From Planctomycetota bacterium (GTDB lineage Bacteria > Planctomycetota > B15-G4): a stretch of DNA of 64,000 bases. Shown one piece after another: positions 1-9,096 of the stretch (the first letter of the stretch is position 1; the number at the start of each line of letters is the position of its first letter). The position numbers and the translations under genes are program-made. Where the stretch lies: contig JBBQUR010000004.1 in assembly GCA_038212275.1 (NCBI GenBank), positions 96,001-160,000 on the forward strand, read 5' to 3'. The notes below the pieces were generated by a model that saw only the letters and a list, made by a program, of their open reading frames with translations, was not told the DNA's origin and ran no database searches.

Positions 1-1
1 C

Positions 2-364
2 ATCGGTGAGCGCCTGCGCCGAAGGCTCACCGACCGTGAGCCGCTCGTGCGACTCGGCCGGGCCACGCGCGCCAGCTGCGACCGCTTCGGCAGACTCGAT
101 CTGCAGGCGTTTCCGGGCGGTCGCGAGCTGCTGAAGCTGACCGCCGACCGCGACGGATATCGCTACGACGCGGCTCAGGGGCTGGCGCCGGGCGCCGATG
201 GCGCCGAAGCTGGGCGCGAAGCCGGCCGCTTCTGGCAGTGCCTCGGCCTTGACACCGAGGTGTTCGTGCCGCGCTGCACGGGCGGCACCAACCAGCGTCT
301 CGCCTACCTGCCTGCCTTCCACTCGGTCACGAACCCCGTCCCGGACCTGAATCCATGCGGTTGA
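2..364 (+). CDS. Partial hypothetical protein (5' end outside window), stop overlaps smc start
   Basis: Frame is open from position 2 to TGA 362-364 and overlaps the smc ATG at 355; no recognisable motif. Confidence 0.55.
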   Translation: MGERLRRRLTDREPLVRLGRATRASCDRFGRLDLQAFPGGRELLKLTADRDGYRYDAAQGLAPGADGAEAGREAGRFWQCLGLDTEVFVPRCTGGTNQRLAYLPAFHSVTNPVPDLNPCG

Positions 365-3300
365 CCAGCGTCGAAATCCACGGCTTCAAGTCCTTCGCCG
401 ACATGACCAAGCTGCACCTGCCGGCGGGGCTCACAGCCGTGGTCGGGCCGAATGGCTGCGGCAAGTCGAACGTCATCGACGCCATCAAGTGGGCTCTCGG
501 CGAGCAGAAGGCCTCCGCGCTGCGCGGTGACGAGATGCTCGACGTCATCTTCAAGGGCAACGGCGCACGGCCCGCACGCAACTACGCCGAGGTCTCGCTC
601 GTCTTCGACAACGAGGACCACACGCTGCCGGTCGAGTTCAACGAGGTCACGGTGACGCGTCGCCTGTTCCGTTCGGGCGAGAGCGAGTACCTCATCAATC
701 GCCAGCCGCAGCGCCTGAAGGATGTGCGCAACCTGTTCATGGACACGGGCCTCGGCATGGGCGCCTACTCGATCATGGAGCAGGGACGCATCGACGCGAT
801 CCTCTCCGCCGACGCGCAGGACCGCCGGCGCATCTTCGAGGAAGCGGCCGGCGTCTCGCGCTACCGGTCCCGGCGCCGCGAGACGGAGGCGCGCCTCGAA
901 CGCACCGAGCAGAATCTGCTGCGCCTGGGCGATGTCATCGAAGAGCTCGAGAAGCAGGTGCGCTCGCTCAAGAACCAGGCGGGGAGGGCGCGCAGCTATC
1001 TTGCCGCGCGCGATCGCCTGCGCGGGCTGAAGGCGCGCTTCTATAGCCACCGCTGGGAGGAGCTCGGCGCACGCGTGACCGAACTCACGGAAGCCGCGGC
1101 GGCCGGCGAGCGCCAGGAAGCGGAGGCGCGCGAGCTGCTCGACACCTGCCGCGCGGAACACGGCGCGCTGCAGGAGGCGCTCGCGCTGGCACGGACCGAG
1201 GTCGATGCTGCGGCCGAACTCTTCCGGCAGTCCACGAGCGCGGCGGAGACCGTCGCCACACGGCGTGCCGCGGTGCAGGATCGCCTCGCGGAATCCGAGG
1301 CGCGCAGCGGGCAGTTGCAGGACCGCCTGGCGGGCCTGCAGGCTGCGCTCGACGAGCGGCGGCGCGAGGCAGAGGCGATGGCGGGGCGCCTGGACGAGCT
1401 GCGCGCGGAACGCAGCGCCAGCGAGACCGGCCTGGGCGAGCGTGAAACGGCTGGCCTCAAGGCGGAGGTCGCGCTCGTCGACTGGCGCGGCGCGGACGAT
1501 CAGCGCCGCCGGACGGCGCTCGAGCGGCAGTCGGAACTCACGCGCGAGGGCAATCGTCGCGCGGACAGCAGCGCGCGTCACGCCGCCAGCGCATCCAGCC
1601 ATGCGCGCGTGGGCGAGCGGGCCGCGGAGCTGCGCCGCCAGGTGCAGGCGCTCTCCGACCTGCGTGGCGAGCTCACCGCCGGCGTGCAGAGCCTCGAGAG
1701 CGCGCTGCTCGAGGCGCGCGAGCGACTGACGGCTGCGCGCGAGGGACGCCAGGCCGCGATGGCCGGCATCGCGTCACTCGACGCGTCGCTGCTCGGCCTG
1801 CGCGAACGTTTCACGGCCGCCGACTCGCGCCGACAGACGCTGGCCGAGCTGATCGCGCGCCGCGAAGGCGTGTCGCGCGGCGCCGTGGCGCTGCTGGAGT
1901 CCGGCCTGCCGGGCATCGAAGGCCTGGTGGTGGACCGCCTGCGCGCCCCGCGCAAGCTGTCCGAGGCCGTCGAGGCCGCGCTCGGCGCGAGTGCGGAGGC
2001 CGTGCTCGTCGCCTCCCGTGCCGATGCTCTCGGCGCGTTGCAATTCCTGGGCGAGCAGGGCGCCGGCCGCGTGCTGCTGCTGCCGCGCGACGGGCTGCGG
2101 GCGCGCGAGGGCGCGAGCGACGGCGAGCGACTGCTGGACCGCCTCAAGGTGCTCGGAGAGCACGAGGCGCTGGAAGCGCTGCTCGGTCACGTGAGGCTCG
2201 TGCCCGATCGTGAAGCGCTCGCGCACTGCCAGGCCGACGGCGCCACGGTATGGGTCACGCTGCAGGGCGAGATCCTCGATGAGCGCGGCCTGTTGCGCGG
2301 CGGCCGGTCGGGTGGCGAGGGCGGCCTCGTGACGCGCCAGGCCGAGTGCGACGCGCTGGCAGCCGAGACGGCCGAACTGCGCGATCAACTCGCCGCCTTG
2401 CAGCAGACGCGGCTCGGCCACGAGCAGGCGCTGGCAGAAGCGCAGGAGCATCTGCTGCAGTGCGAGGCGGCGGCGCGGGTCGTCGAGGCCGAGCGGCAGC
2501 AGACGGCGGAACGCAGCCGGCAGGTCGGCATGCAGGCGCAGACCCTGGAGCGCGACCTCGCCGTCACCGAGAAGGACGTCGCGGCGATGGAGCGCACGCT
2601 GGCCGAAGAAGCCGCCGTGCGCGATGCGGCCGCGGCGCGCGAGCAGGAGCTGCTTGCGCTGGTGGAAACCGACCGGCAACTCGCCACGGCCGCGGAGGCC
2701 CGGCGCGAGGCGCTCGAGCAGTCGCTCAGCGAGGCCCGTGCGGCCGCGGCCGAGGCGCGCCTGCAGTATTCGACGCTGCGCGAGCGGCAGCAGGCGCTGG
2801 AGGGCGAGGCCCGGCAGGTTGCACGCGCTGCCGAGGAGCGGGCGGGCGAGCTGGCCACGACGCAGGCGGAGATCACGTCGCTGGGCGCGACAGGACTGGC
2901 GCTGCGGCAGGAGGCGTCGGAGCTCGAGGCACGCGAACTGGCCCTGTGCGAGGAGCGCGATGCCGCGGCCGGCGCCCTGGTGGAGCGACGGCGCACGGCC
3001 AGCGACGTGAGCGAGCGGCTGCTCGCGGCGCAACGCCTCGTCGGTACGGCGGAGACCGGCCTGTCGGTGGCCGGCGAAGCGGTCTCGAAGCAGCGGCTGC
3101 GGCAGCAGGAAGCCACGATCCACCGCGAGACCTTGCGCGAGAAGGTGCGCGAGGAACTCGAGGTGGACCTCGCAACGCACACCCTCGCCTTGCTCCCGCT
3201 TCCGGGCGAAGAGCCCGAGGAGGGCGAGGCTCCTGCCGACGGCGCGGACGTCACCGCGTCGGCGTCGGCGTCGGCCTCCGCCGATCCGGAGCTTTCGGAC

Positions 3301-4083
3301 TGGGAGTCGATCGAGGCGGAGATCGAGCGCCTGCGGGAACGCATGTCGCGCATGGGCAATGTGAACCTCGCGGCGCTGGACGAGCTGGCCGAGGTCGAGC
3401 AGCGCCTCAGCTTCCTCGTGGGCCAGCGCGACGACCTGCTCGCCGCGCGCGGCACGCTCATGGACACGATCTCGATGGTGAACCGCGAATCGCGCGAGCG
3501 CTTCGTCGAGACCTTCGAGCTGATCCGCGAGCACTTCCGGCACATCTTCCGCAAACTGTTCCACGGCGGCCGCGCCGACGTCTTTCTCGTCGAGGGCGTG
3601 GACGTCCTCGAGGCGGGCATCGAGATCGTGGCCGCGCCGCCGGGCAAGGACCCGCGCTCGATCAGCCTGCTGTCGGGCGGCGAGCGCACGCTCACGGCAG
3701 TGGGCCTGCTGTTCGCCTTGTTCCGTGCGAAGCCGAGTCCCGTCTGCATGCTCGACGAGGTGGATGCGGCCCTCGACGAGACGAACATCGACCGCTTCTG
3801 CACGGTGCTCGAGGACTTCCTCGGCGGCAGCCAGTTCCTCGTGGTGACGCACGCGCGCCGCACGATGAGTTACGCCGACACGCTCTACGGCATCACGATG
3901 CAGGAGCACGGCGTGAGCAAGGCGCTCTCGCTGACGCTGCGCGAGTACGATCAGAAGCAGGCGACGGCGCACGGTCCGGCGGACGCCGAGGCCGCGCCGG
4001 TCGACGCGGCGCCGGCGGCGTCGGTGCCGCGAGCGCGCGTCGCCTCGGCGCTGGATTCCACGGAAGCCGCGGCAGGCCACTGA
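355..4083 (+). CDS. smc: Chromosome segregation protein SMC
   Basis: GFKSFAD, Walker A VVGPNGCGKSN, long coiled coils with hinge, signature LLSGGE, Walker B/D-loop MLDEVDAALD. Confidence 0.97.
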   Translation: MRLTSVEIHGFKSFADMTKLHLPAGLTAVVGPNGCGKSNVIDAIKWALGEQKASALRGDEMLDVIFKGNGARPARNYAEVSLVFDNEDHTLPVEFNEVTVTRRLFRSGESEYLINRQPQRLKDVRNLFMDTGLGMGAYSIMEQGRIDAILSADAQDRRRIFEEAAGVSRYRSRRRETEARLERTEQNLLRLGDVIEELEKQVRSLKNQAGRARSYLAARDRLRGLKARFYSHRWEELGARVTELTEAAAAGERQEAEARELLDTCRAEHGALQEALALARTEVDAAAELFRQSTSAAETVATRRAAVQDRLAESEARSGQLQDRLAGLQAALDERRREAEAMAGRLDELRAERSASETGLGERETAGLKAEVALVDWRGADDQRRRTALERQSELTREGNRRADSSARHAASASSHARVGERAAELRRQVQALSDLRGELTAGVQSLESALLEARERLTAAREGRQAAMAGIASLDASLLGLRERFTAADSRRQTLAELIARREGVSRGAVALLESGLPGIEGLVVDRLRAPRKLSEAVEAALGASAEAVLVASRADALGALQFLGEQGAGRVLLLPRDGLRAREGASDGERLLDRLKVLGEHEALEALLGHVRLVPDREALAHCQADGATVWVTLQGEILDERGLLRGGRSGGEGGLVTRQAECDALAAETAELRDQLAALQQTRLGHEQALAEAQEHLLQCEAAARVVEAERQQTAERSRQVGMQAQTLERDLAVTEKDVAAMERTLAEEAAVRDAAAAREQELLALVETDRQLATAAEARREALEQSLSEARAAAAEARLQYSTLRERQQALEGEARQVARAAEERAGELATTQAEITSLGATGLALRQEASELEARELALCEERDAAAGALVERRRTASDVSERLLAAQRLVGTAETGLSVAGEAVSKQRLRQQEATIHRETLREKVREELEVDLATHTLALLPLPGEEPEEGEAPADGADVTASASASASADPELSDWESIEAEIERLRERMSRMGNVNLAALDELAEVEQRLSFLVGQRDDLLAARGTLMDTISMVNRESRERFVETFELIREHFRHIFRKLFHGGRADVFLVEGVDVLEAGIEIVAAPPGKDPRSISLLSGGERTLTAVGLLFALFRAKPSPVCMLDEVDAALDETNIDRFCTVLEDFLGGSQFLVVTHARRTMSYADTLYGITMQEHGVSKALSLTLREYDQKQATAHGPADAEAAPVDAAPAASVPRARVASALDSTEAAAGH

Positions 4084-4194
4084 GCGCGGCCCGTGGCGCG
4101 CGCGTCGGTCCCTCGTCTCTCGAGACGCTGCGCCATCGCGACACCGATGCGCACAGCCCTCGCGAAGCGGGCGTGCCGTGCATCGGTCACGGGC

Positions 4195-4220
4195 CGACGA
4201 GGATCCCCGGATCCTCGTCG
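4195..4220. repeat. Perfect 11-bp inverted repeat (hairpin) downstream of smc
   Basis: CGACGAGGATC-CCCG-GATCCTCGTCG; no U-tract follows. Confidence 0.8.
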
Positions 4221-4273
4221 CAAGGGCGGACCAAGCGGAAACTCTAGGGAAAAGGGGAAGAAGGGGAGAAGAG

Positions 4274-4324
4274 TTTTAAGCCTGATGAGGGCAACCGCAT
4301 GGCCCGCAACACTGGTCGCTAGGA
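4274..4324 (+). ncRNA. Candidate minimal type I hammerhead-ribozyme-like motif (A13C variant)
   Basis: AGC-CTGATGA-GGGC..GCCC-GCAA-C-ACTG-GTC-GCT; stems I, II and III can all form; one core mismatch. Confidence 0.35.
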
Positions 4325-4424
4325 TATCAGCAGACTTTGCGAGAGCAAACGCGCAGCCCGGAAATCCGGCGGTCCGGCAACATGCTGCACTGCGGCGCGT
4401 CCTTCCCGTGATACCGAGTGGACC

Positions 4425-5405
4425 ATGAGCCGTGCGCGCAGCATGTTCCGGTATCGGTGCGAGGATGTGCTGCTGGCGGCAACGATGGCGTGCGTATGCC
4501 GCTTGCCTGCCGCGCTGGTCCTTGCGGGCACGCGCTGCCTGGCCAGACTGGCTGCCATCGTGCTTCCGGGACGGCGGCGACATGCCCGCGAGCTCGTGCT
4601 GCAACGGCTGGGACCCGGCTGCAACGGCCGACGCGCGGACCAGATTGTCGCGGGGGCCTTCCGCACGCTCGGCTTGAACACCGTGGAGCCGATGCTGGTG
4701 GAGCGGGCGTTGCGCCGAGGTGTGCCGGATGCCGAAATCGTCACGGTGGAAGGCGCCGAACATCTGCAGGCAGCGCTTGATGCCGGTCACGGCGTGTTCA
4801 TCTGCGGCGCCCACTTCGGGGCGTGGGAACTCGGTCCGCTGCTGGTCGGCCGCCTGTTCGCGCCGATGTGGGTGGTCGCCCGGCGCCTCGACAATCCCTT
4901 CCTGGAGAGCCGCCTGCTGGCGCATCGTCAGCAGTTCACCCGAGGCAGCGTGCCGAAGGACGGCGGGGCCGCGCAGCTCGTGCGGATCCTGCGCGCCGGG
5001 GAGGCCGTCGGAATCCTCCTCGATCAGAACGCGGGACGCGGCGGCGTGATCATGGACTTCCTTGGCGCGCCCTCGAGCCACCACAGGGTGGTCGGGGTGA
5101 TGGCCCGACGCTTCGGGGCTGCGGCCCTGCCCTCCTACCTGTTGCGCGAGCCGGGGACGCTCCGCTTCCGGCTCATCTTCGAGGCGCCGATCACCGCCCG
5201 GCCCGACCTGCCGCCCGAGGAGGCCGAGCGCGACGTCGTCGCGCGGATCTCGGCCTCGCTCGCGGCCCGCGTCCGCGCCCACCCGGAACAGTACCTCTGG
5301 CTGCATGACCGATGGCGTCACGCCGTGCGGGCCGAGCGGCTCGCGCGCGCCGCGGCAGCGGGTGATTCCCGTGCGCCGGTCGCGCAGGTTACAAACGATG
5401 CCTGA
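4425..5405 (+). CDS. Lipid A lauroyl/myristoyl acyltransferase family (LpxL-like)
   Basis: HFGAWE catalytic motif, LDNP, ILLDQN, C-terminal HPEQYLWLHDRWR. Confidence 0.9.
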   Translation: MSRARSMFRYRCEDVLLAATMACVCRLPAALVLAGTRCLARLAAIVLPGRRRHARELVLQRLGPGCNGRRADQIVAGAFRTLGLNTVEPMLVERALRRGVPDAEIVTVEGAEHLQAALDAGHGVFICGAHFGAWELGPLLVGRLFAPMWVVARRLDNPFLESRLLAHRQQFTRGSVPKDGGAAQLVRILRAGEAVGILLDQNAGRGGVIMDFLGAPSSHHRVVGVMARRFGAAALPSYLLREPGTLRFRLIFEAPITARPDLPPEEAERDVVARISASLAARVRAHPEQYLWLHDRWRHAVRAERLARAAAAGDSRAPVAQVTNDA

Positions 5406-6408
5406 TTCCTTCCGCTCGCCGGGTGCCATGGACTTCAAGCCGCTGGACTTCTCGCGCGTCGTGACTTCCTCGGTGAGCAACCGCAGCCACCGCGTGAGCA
5501 CGGCGCTGTTCGCACGCGCCGTGGAGGTGCCCGCCGGGGGCCCCGACGTTCTCGACAGCCTGCCCGACGTGCTCGGCGCGCGGGCCCTGCGAAGGCTGGC
5601 GGAACGCATCGTCGACGCGCGCGTGCAGGGTCGCGTGGTGTTGTTCGGCTTTGGCGGCCACGTGATCAAGACCGGCCTGTCGCCGCTGCTGATCGACCTC
5701 ATGGAGCGCGGCTTCATCCAGGCTCTGGCGACGAACGGCTCGGGCGCGATCCACGACTACGAGATCGCCGCCGTGGGGCACAGCTCCGAGGACGTGGGGC
5801 CAGGCCTCGAGAACGGCAGCTGGGGGATGGTGTCGGAGACGGCGGCTGCGCTCAATGAGGCGGCGCACCGCGCCGTCCGGGAAGACATCGGCCTCGGCGC
5901 CGCGCTCGGTCGCACGATCGCGGAGCAGAAGCTGCCCAATGCTTCGATGTCCGTGCTCGGCTCGGCTGCGCGACTCGGCATTCCGGTCACGGTGCACGTG
6001 GCACTCGGCACGGACACGGTGCACATGCACGGCAATGCGGACGGCGCCGCCATCGGGCAGGCGTCGATGGCGGACTTCCGCCTGCTGGCCTCCATCGTCG
6101 CGCGGCTGTCGCACGGCGTCTACGTGAACATGGGCTCGGCCGTCGTGCTGCCGGAGGTGTTCGTCAAGGCGCTCAACGTGGCGCGCAATCTTGGAGAGAC
6201 CGTGGAAGGCTTCGCGACGGCGAACATGGACATGCTGCGCCACTACCGACCGCGCGTGAACGTGCTGGAGCGGCCGGGAGGCGAGGCGCTGGAGATCACC
6301 GGTCATCACGAGCTGAACCTGCCGCTGCTGCGCTGGGCCGTGCTGCGCCTCGCCGCGCAGACCGGCGGCGCTGCGCCCGGCGCGAGCCCTGCGCGAGGTG
6401 CGCCATGA
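5398..6408 (+). CDS. Deoxyhypusine-synthase-like fold protein of unknown function
   Basis: GGHVIKTG, LATNGSGAIHDYE, VHVALGTD, GSAVVLPEVFVKAL, GHHE motifs; ATG overlaps upstream stop; start could be 5428. Confidence 0.7.
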   Translation: MPDSFRSPGAMDFKPLDFSRVVTSSVSNRSHRVSTALFARAVEVPAGGPDVLDSLPDVLGARALRRLAERIVDARVQGRVVLFGFGGHVIKTGLSPLLIDLMERGFIQALATNGSGAIHDYEIAAVGHSSEDVGPGLENGSWGMVSETAAALNEAAHRAVREDIGLGAALGRTIAEQKLPNASMSVLGSAARLGIPVTVHVALGTDTVHMHGNADGAAIGQASMADFRLLASIVARLSHGVYVNMGSAVVLPEVFVKALNVARNLGETVEGFATANMDMLRHYRPRVNVLERPGGEALEITGHHELNLPLLRWAVLRLAAQTGGAAPGASPARGAP

Positions 6409-7877
6409 GTCCCGGTCTCTCCGGACTGCTGCACCCGGCCCGCCCGCCGCGCATCCTGCTCGTGGGGGACATGATCCTCGACCGCTACCAGTATGGTTCG
6501 ACGGAGCGCGTGTCGCCCGAGGCGCCGATCGTGGTGCTGGCGGCCACGCGCGAGGAGCACCTGCTGGGAGGTTGCGGCAACGTCGCCTCGAATCTCGCCG
6601 CGCTCGGCGCGGAGGTGCGCTGCGTGTCGGTGGTGGGGCGCGACGAAGCCGCCGCACGCGTGCGCGAGCTGCTCGGAACGCACGGCATCGATGCCGGCGA
6701 CCTCGTCACGGACGCCAGCCGTCCGACGATCCGCAAGACCCGCGTGGTGAGCCAGAGCCAGCAACTGCTGCGTATCGACGAAGAACAGGTGCGTCCGCTG
6801 GATGCGGCCATCGAGGCCACGCTGCTCGAGCGCATCGAGGCGCAGATGCAGGGCGTGGACATCGTGGTCGTGTCGGACTACGGCAAGGGCGTGCTCACGG
6901 AGAGAGTGCTCGAGCGGCTCTGCCGCGCAAAGAGCGGGCCGCGCGTGCTGGTCGACCCGAAGGGCCGCAGCTACGAGCGCTATCGCGGCGCGCACATCAT
7001 CACGCCGAACAAGCTGGAAGCGGAGACCGCCACGGGCATCTCCCTCGACGAGCCGGACGGCATCCGGCGGGCCGCGCTGGAGCTGTGCCGCATCGCGAAG
7101 CTGCATGCGGCCGTCATCACGCTCGGCGCGAAGGGCATGTACTGCTGCCTCGCGGACGGCAGCCAGGAGTGGAGCATCCCCGCCGTGGCGCGTTCGGTCT
7201 ACGACGTGACGGGCGCCGGCGACACCGTGCTGGCCGTGATGGCGTTCACGCTCGCCGCCGGTGCAGGCATCGACGATGCCATGCGCCTTGCCACGCTGGC
7301 GGCGGGCATCGTCGTGCAGAAGGTGGGAGTCGTCGCCGTGACGCCCGTGGAGATCGAGCGGGCGCTGCATGACACCGTGTCGAGCGGCAGCAAGCTGCTC
7401 TCGCGCGGCGACCTCGCGGAGCGGGTCCTGCTCGAGCGGCGCGCGGGTCGTCGCGTCGTCTTCACCAACGGATGCTTCGACGTGCTGCACGTCGGGCACC
7501 TGCAGTACCTGCAGGAGGCACGGGCGCTCGGCGACGTGCTCGTCGTCGCGGTGAACGCCGACGACAGCGTGCGGCGCCTCAAGGGCGAGGGGCGCCCCGT
7601 GAACGGCCAGCAGGATCGTGCGGCGCTGCTCGCGGGCCTCGAGTGCGTGTCGCTCGTGACCGTGTTCGAGGAGGACACGCCGCTCGAGCTCATCCGCACC
7701 CTGAGCCCCGACGTGCTCGTGAAGGGCGCCGACTGGAAGGACAAGGGCGTCGTCGGCGCGGACTGGGTGGAGAGTCATGGCGGCAAGGTGGTGCTTGCCG
7801 CGGTGAAGGCCGGCTACTCGTCGACGGCGACGCTCGCGCGCATCGCCGCCGACGCCACGCCGAAGCAGGCCCGCTGA
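6405..7877 (+). CDS. hldE: Bifunctional heptose-7-P kinase / heptose-1-P adenylyltransferase
   Basis: GDMILDRY..RVSPEAP, SDYGKG, DVTGAGDT (PfkB kinase) fused to FTNGCFDVLHVGH cytidylyltransferase domain. Confidence 0.96.
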   Translation: MSPGLSGLLHPARPPRILLVGDMILDRYQYGSTERVSPEAPIVVLAATREEHLLGGCGNVASNLAALGAEVRCVSVVGRDEAAARVRELLGTHGIDAGDLVTDASRPTIRKTRVVSQSQQLLRIDEEQVRPLDAAIEATLLERIEAQMQGVDIVVVSDYGKGVLTERVLERLCRAKSGPRVLVDPKGRSYERYRGAHIITPNKLEAETATGISLDEPDGIRRAALELCRIAKLHAAVITLGAKGMYCCLADGSQEWSIPAVARSVYDVTGAGDTVLAVMAFTLAAGAGIDDAMRLATLAAGIVVQKVGVVAVTPVEIERALHDTVSSGSKLLSRGDLAERVLLERRAGRRVVFTNGCFDVLHVGHLQYLQEARALGDVLVVAVNADDSVRRLKGEGRPVNGQQDRAALLAGLECVSLVTVFEEDTPLELIRTLSPDVLVKGADWKDKGVVGADWVESHGGKVVLAAVKAGYSSTATLARIAADATPKQAR

Positions 7878-7879
7878 GC

Positions 7880-8956
7880 ATGGGTCTGCCGGGGGCGGAC
7901 GCGTCGTCGCCACGGCAGATCCTCGTGCGCCTGCCCAATCCCATCGGCGACTCCGTGATGAGCACGCCGGCGCTGCTCGCGCTGCGGGCGCACTGGCCGC
8001 AGGCGCGCATCACGGCCGTCGGCCCCGGCAGTGCGACGGCGCTGCTGGAGGGACTGCCCTGCCTGGACGAGCTGCGTCCGCTGGCCTCGCGCCGCTCGAA
8101 GGGCGGCGCCGCCGCGCTGGCCGCGGAGGCCCGCACGCTGCGCTCCACGCGCTTCGACCTCGCGCTGATCATGGCCAACTCCTTCAGCTCGGCCTGGATG
8201 ATCTGGCGCACAGGCGCCTCGCGCCGCGTCGGCTACGGCGGCGGCGGCCGGCAGCTGTTGCTCACGGACGTCGTGCCCTCGGCGCCGGAGCCGCCCTTCC
8301 ACCGCATGCCGCAGCCGATGGTCGAGTTCTACTTCCGGCTGGTGGAGCACGTGGGCGTGCCGCGCGGCGATCACCGCACGCGACTCGTCGCCACCGCGGC
8401 CGATGAAGAGCGTGCGCAGGCCTGGCTCGAGCGACACGGCCTGGCCGACGGGGCGCCGCTCTACGGCATGCACGGCGGTGCGTCCTTCGGGCCAAGCAAG
8501 CTGTGGTATCCGGAGCGCTGGGCTGCTGTGGCCGATGCCCTGCACACGCGGCACGGGGGCCGCACGATTCTGTTCTGCGGCCCAGGCGAGGAGCGCGACG
8601 TGCGCGCGATCGCAGCGGCCGCAAAGAGTCCTGTCGCCAGTGCCGCGGAGGATCCCATCGACTTGCGCACGCTGAAGGCGATCATGTCGAAGCTGTCGCT
8701 GCTCATCGCGACGGACGCCGGGCCGCGCCACGTCGGCGTGGCCTTCGATGTGCCATGCGTCGCGCTGCTGGGTCCCACGGACCCGCGCTTCTCGAACACC
8801 AACCTGCAGCACAGCGTGCTCGTTCGCACCGGCGTCGCCTGCAGCCCCTGCCACAAGAAGATCTGTCCGCTGCCCGAGCCCGCGCATCACTGCTGCATGC
8901 GGGAGATCTCGCCGGAGCACGTGCTCGCGGCCGCCGAGCGCCTGCTCCAGAGCTGA
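7880..8956 (+). CDS. waaF: LPS heptosyltransferase II (GT9)
   Basis: RLPNPIGDSVM, GASFGPSKLW, TDAGPRH, GPTDP, C-terminal CSPC motif; follows hldE. Confidence 0.88.
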   Translation: MGLPGADASSPRQILVRLPNPIGDSVMSTPALLALRAHWPQARITAVGPGSATALLEGLPCLDELRPLASRRSKGGAAALAAEARTLRSTRFDLALIMANSFSSAWMIWRTGASRRVGYGGGGRQLLLTDVVPSAPEPPFHRMPQPMVEFYFRLVEHVGVPRGDHRTRLVATAADEERAQAWLERHGLADGAPLYGMHGGASFGPSKLWYPERWAAVADALHTRHGGRTILFCGPGEERDVRAIAAAAKSPVASAAEDPIDLRTLKAIMSKLSLLIATDAGPRHVGVAFDVPCVALLGPTDPRFSNTNLQHSVLVRTGVACSPCHKKICPLPEPAHHCCMREISPEHVLAAAERLLQS

Positions 8957-9016
8957 AGGCTTCGGCTCCGCGGCGGTGGCGGGCGTTTCGTCCAGCCTGC
9001 GCGGGCGCGGGGCAGC

Positions 9017-9047
9017 CCCGTGCCGCCGGAGTCTGGCCGGCACGGGG
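9017..9047. terminator. GC-rich hairpin after waaF (possible terminator or processing site)
   Basis: CCCCGTGCCG ... CGGCACGGGG 10-bp inverted repeat; no U-tract. Confidence 0.4.
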
Positions 9048-9054
9048 GCGGTGA

Positions 9055-9069
9055 TGGCACAGTAGTCGC
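9055..9069 (+). promoter_or_regulatory. Candidate sigma54 -24/-12 promoter for the M16 peptidase operon
   Basis: TGGCAC-AGTAG-TCGC with GG-N10-GC spacing, 28 nt before the ATG; -12 element deviates from TTGC. Confidence 0.45.
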
Positions 9070-9096
9070 CCTTTCCTCTCCTCCCGGAGCGCGACG

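Noticed and set aside
3256..3280. (GCGTCG)n repeat in smc
   Set aside because: In-frame Ala-Ser linker in a variable loop; ordinary low complexity
4336..4390. c-di-GMP-I riboswitch (GCAAAC..GAAA)
   Set aside because: The required P2 pairing and the GACGCAAAGC / P3 elements are missing
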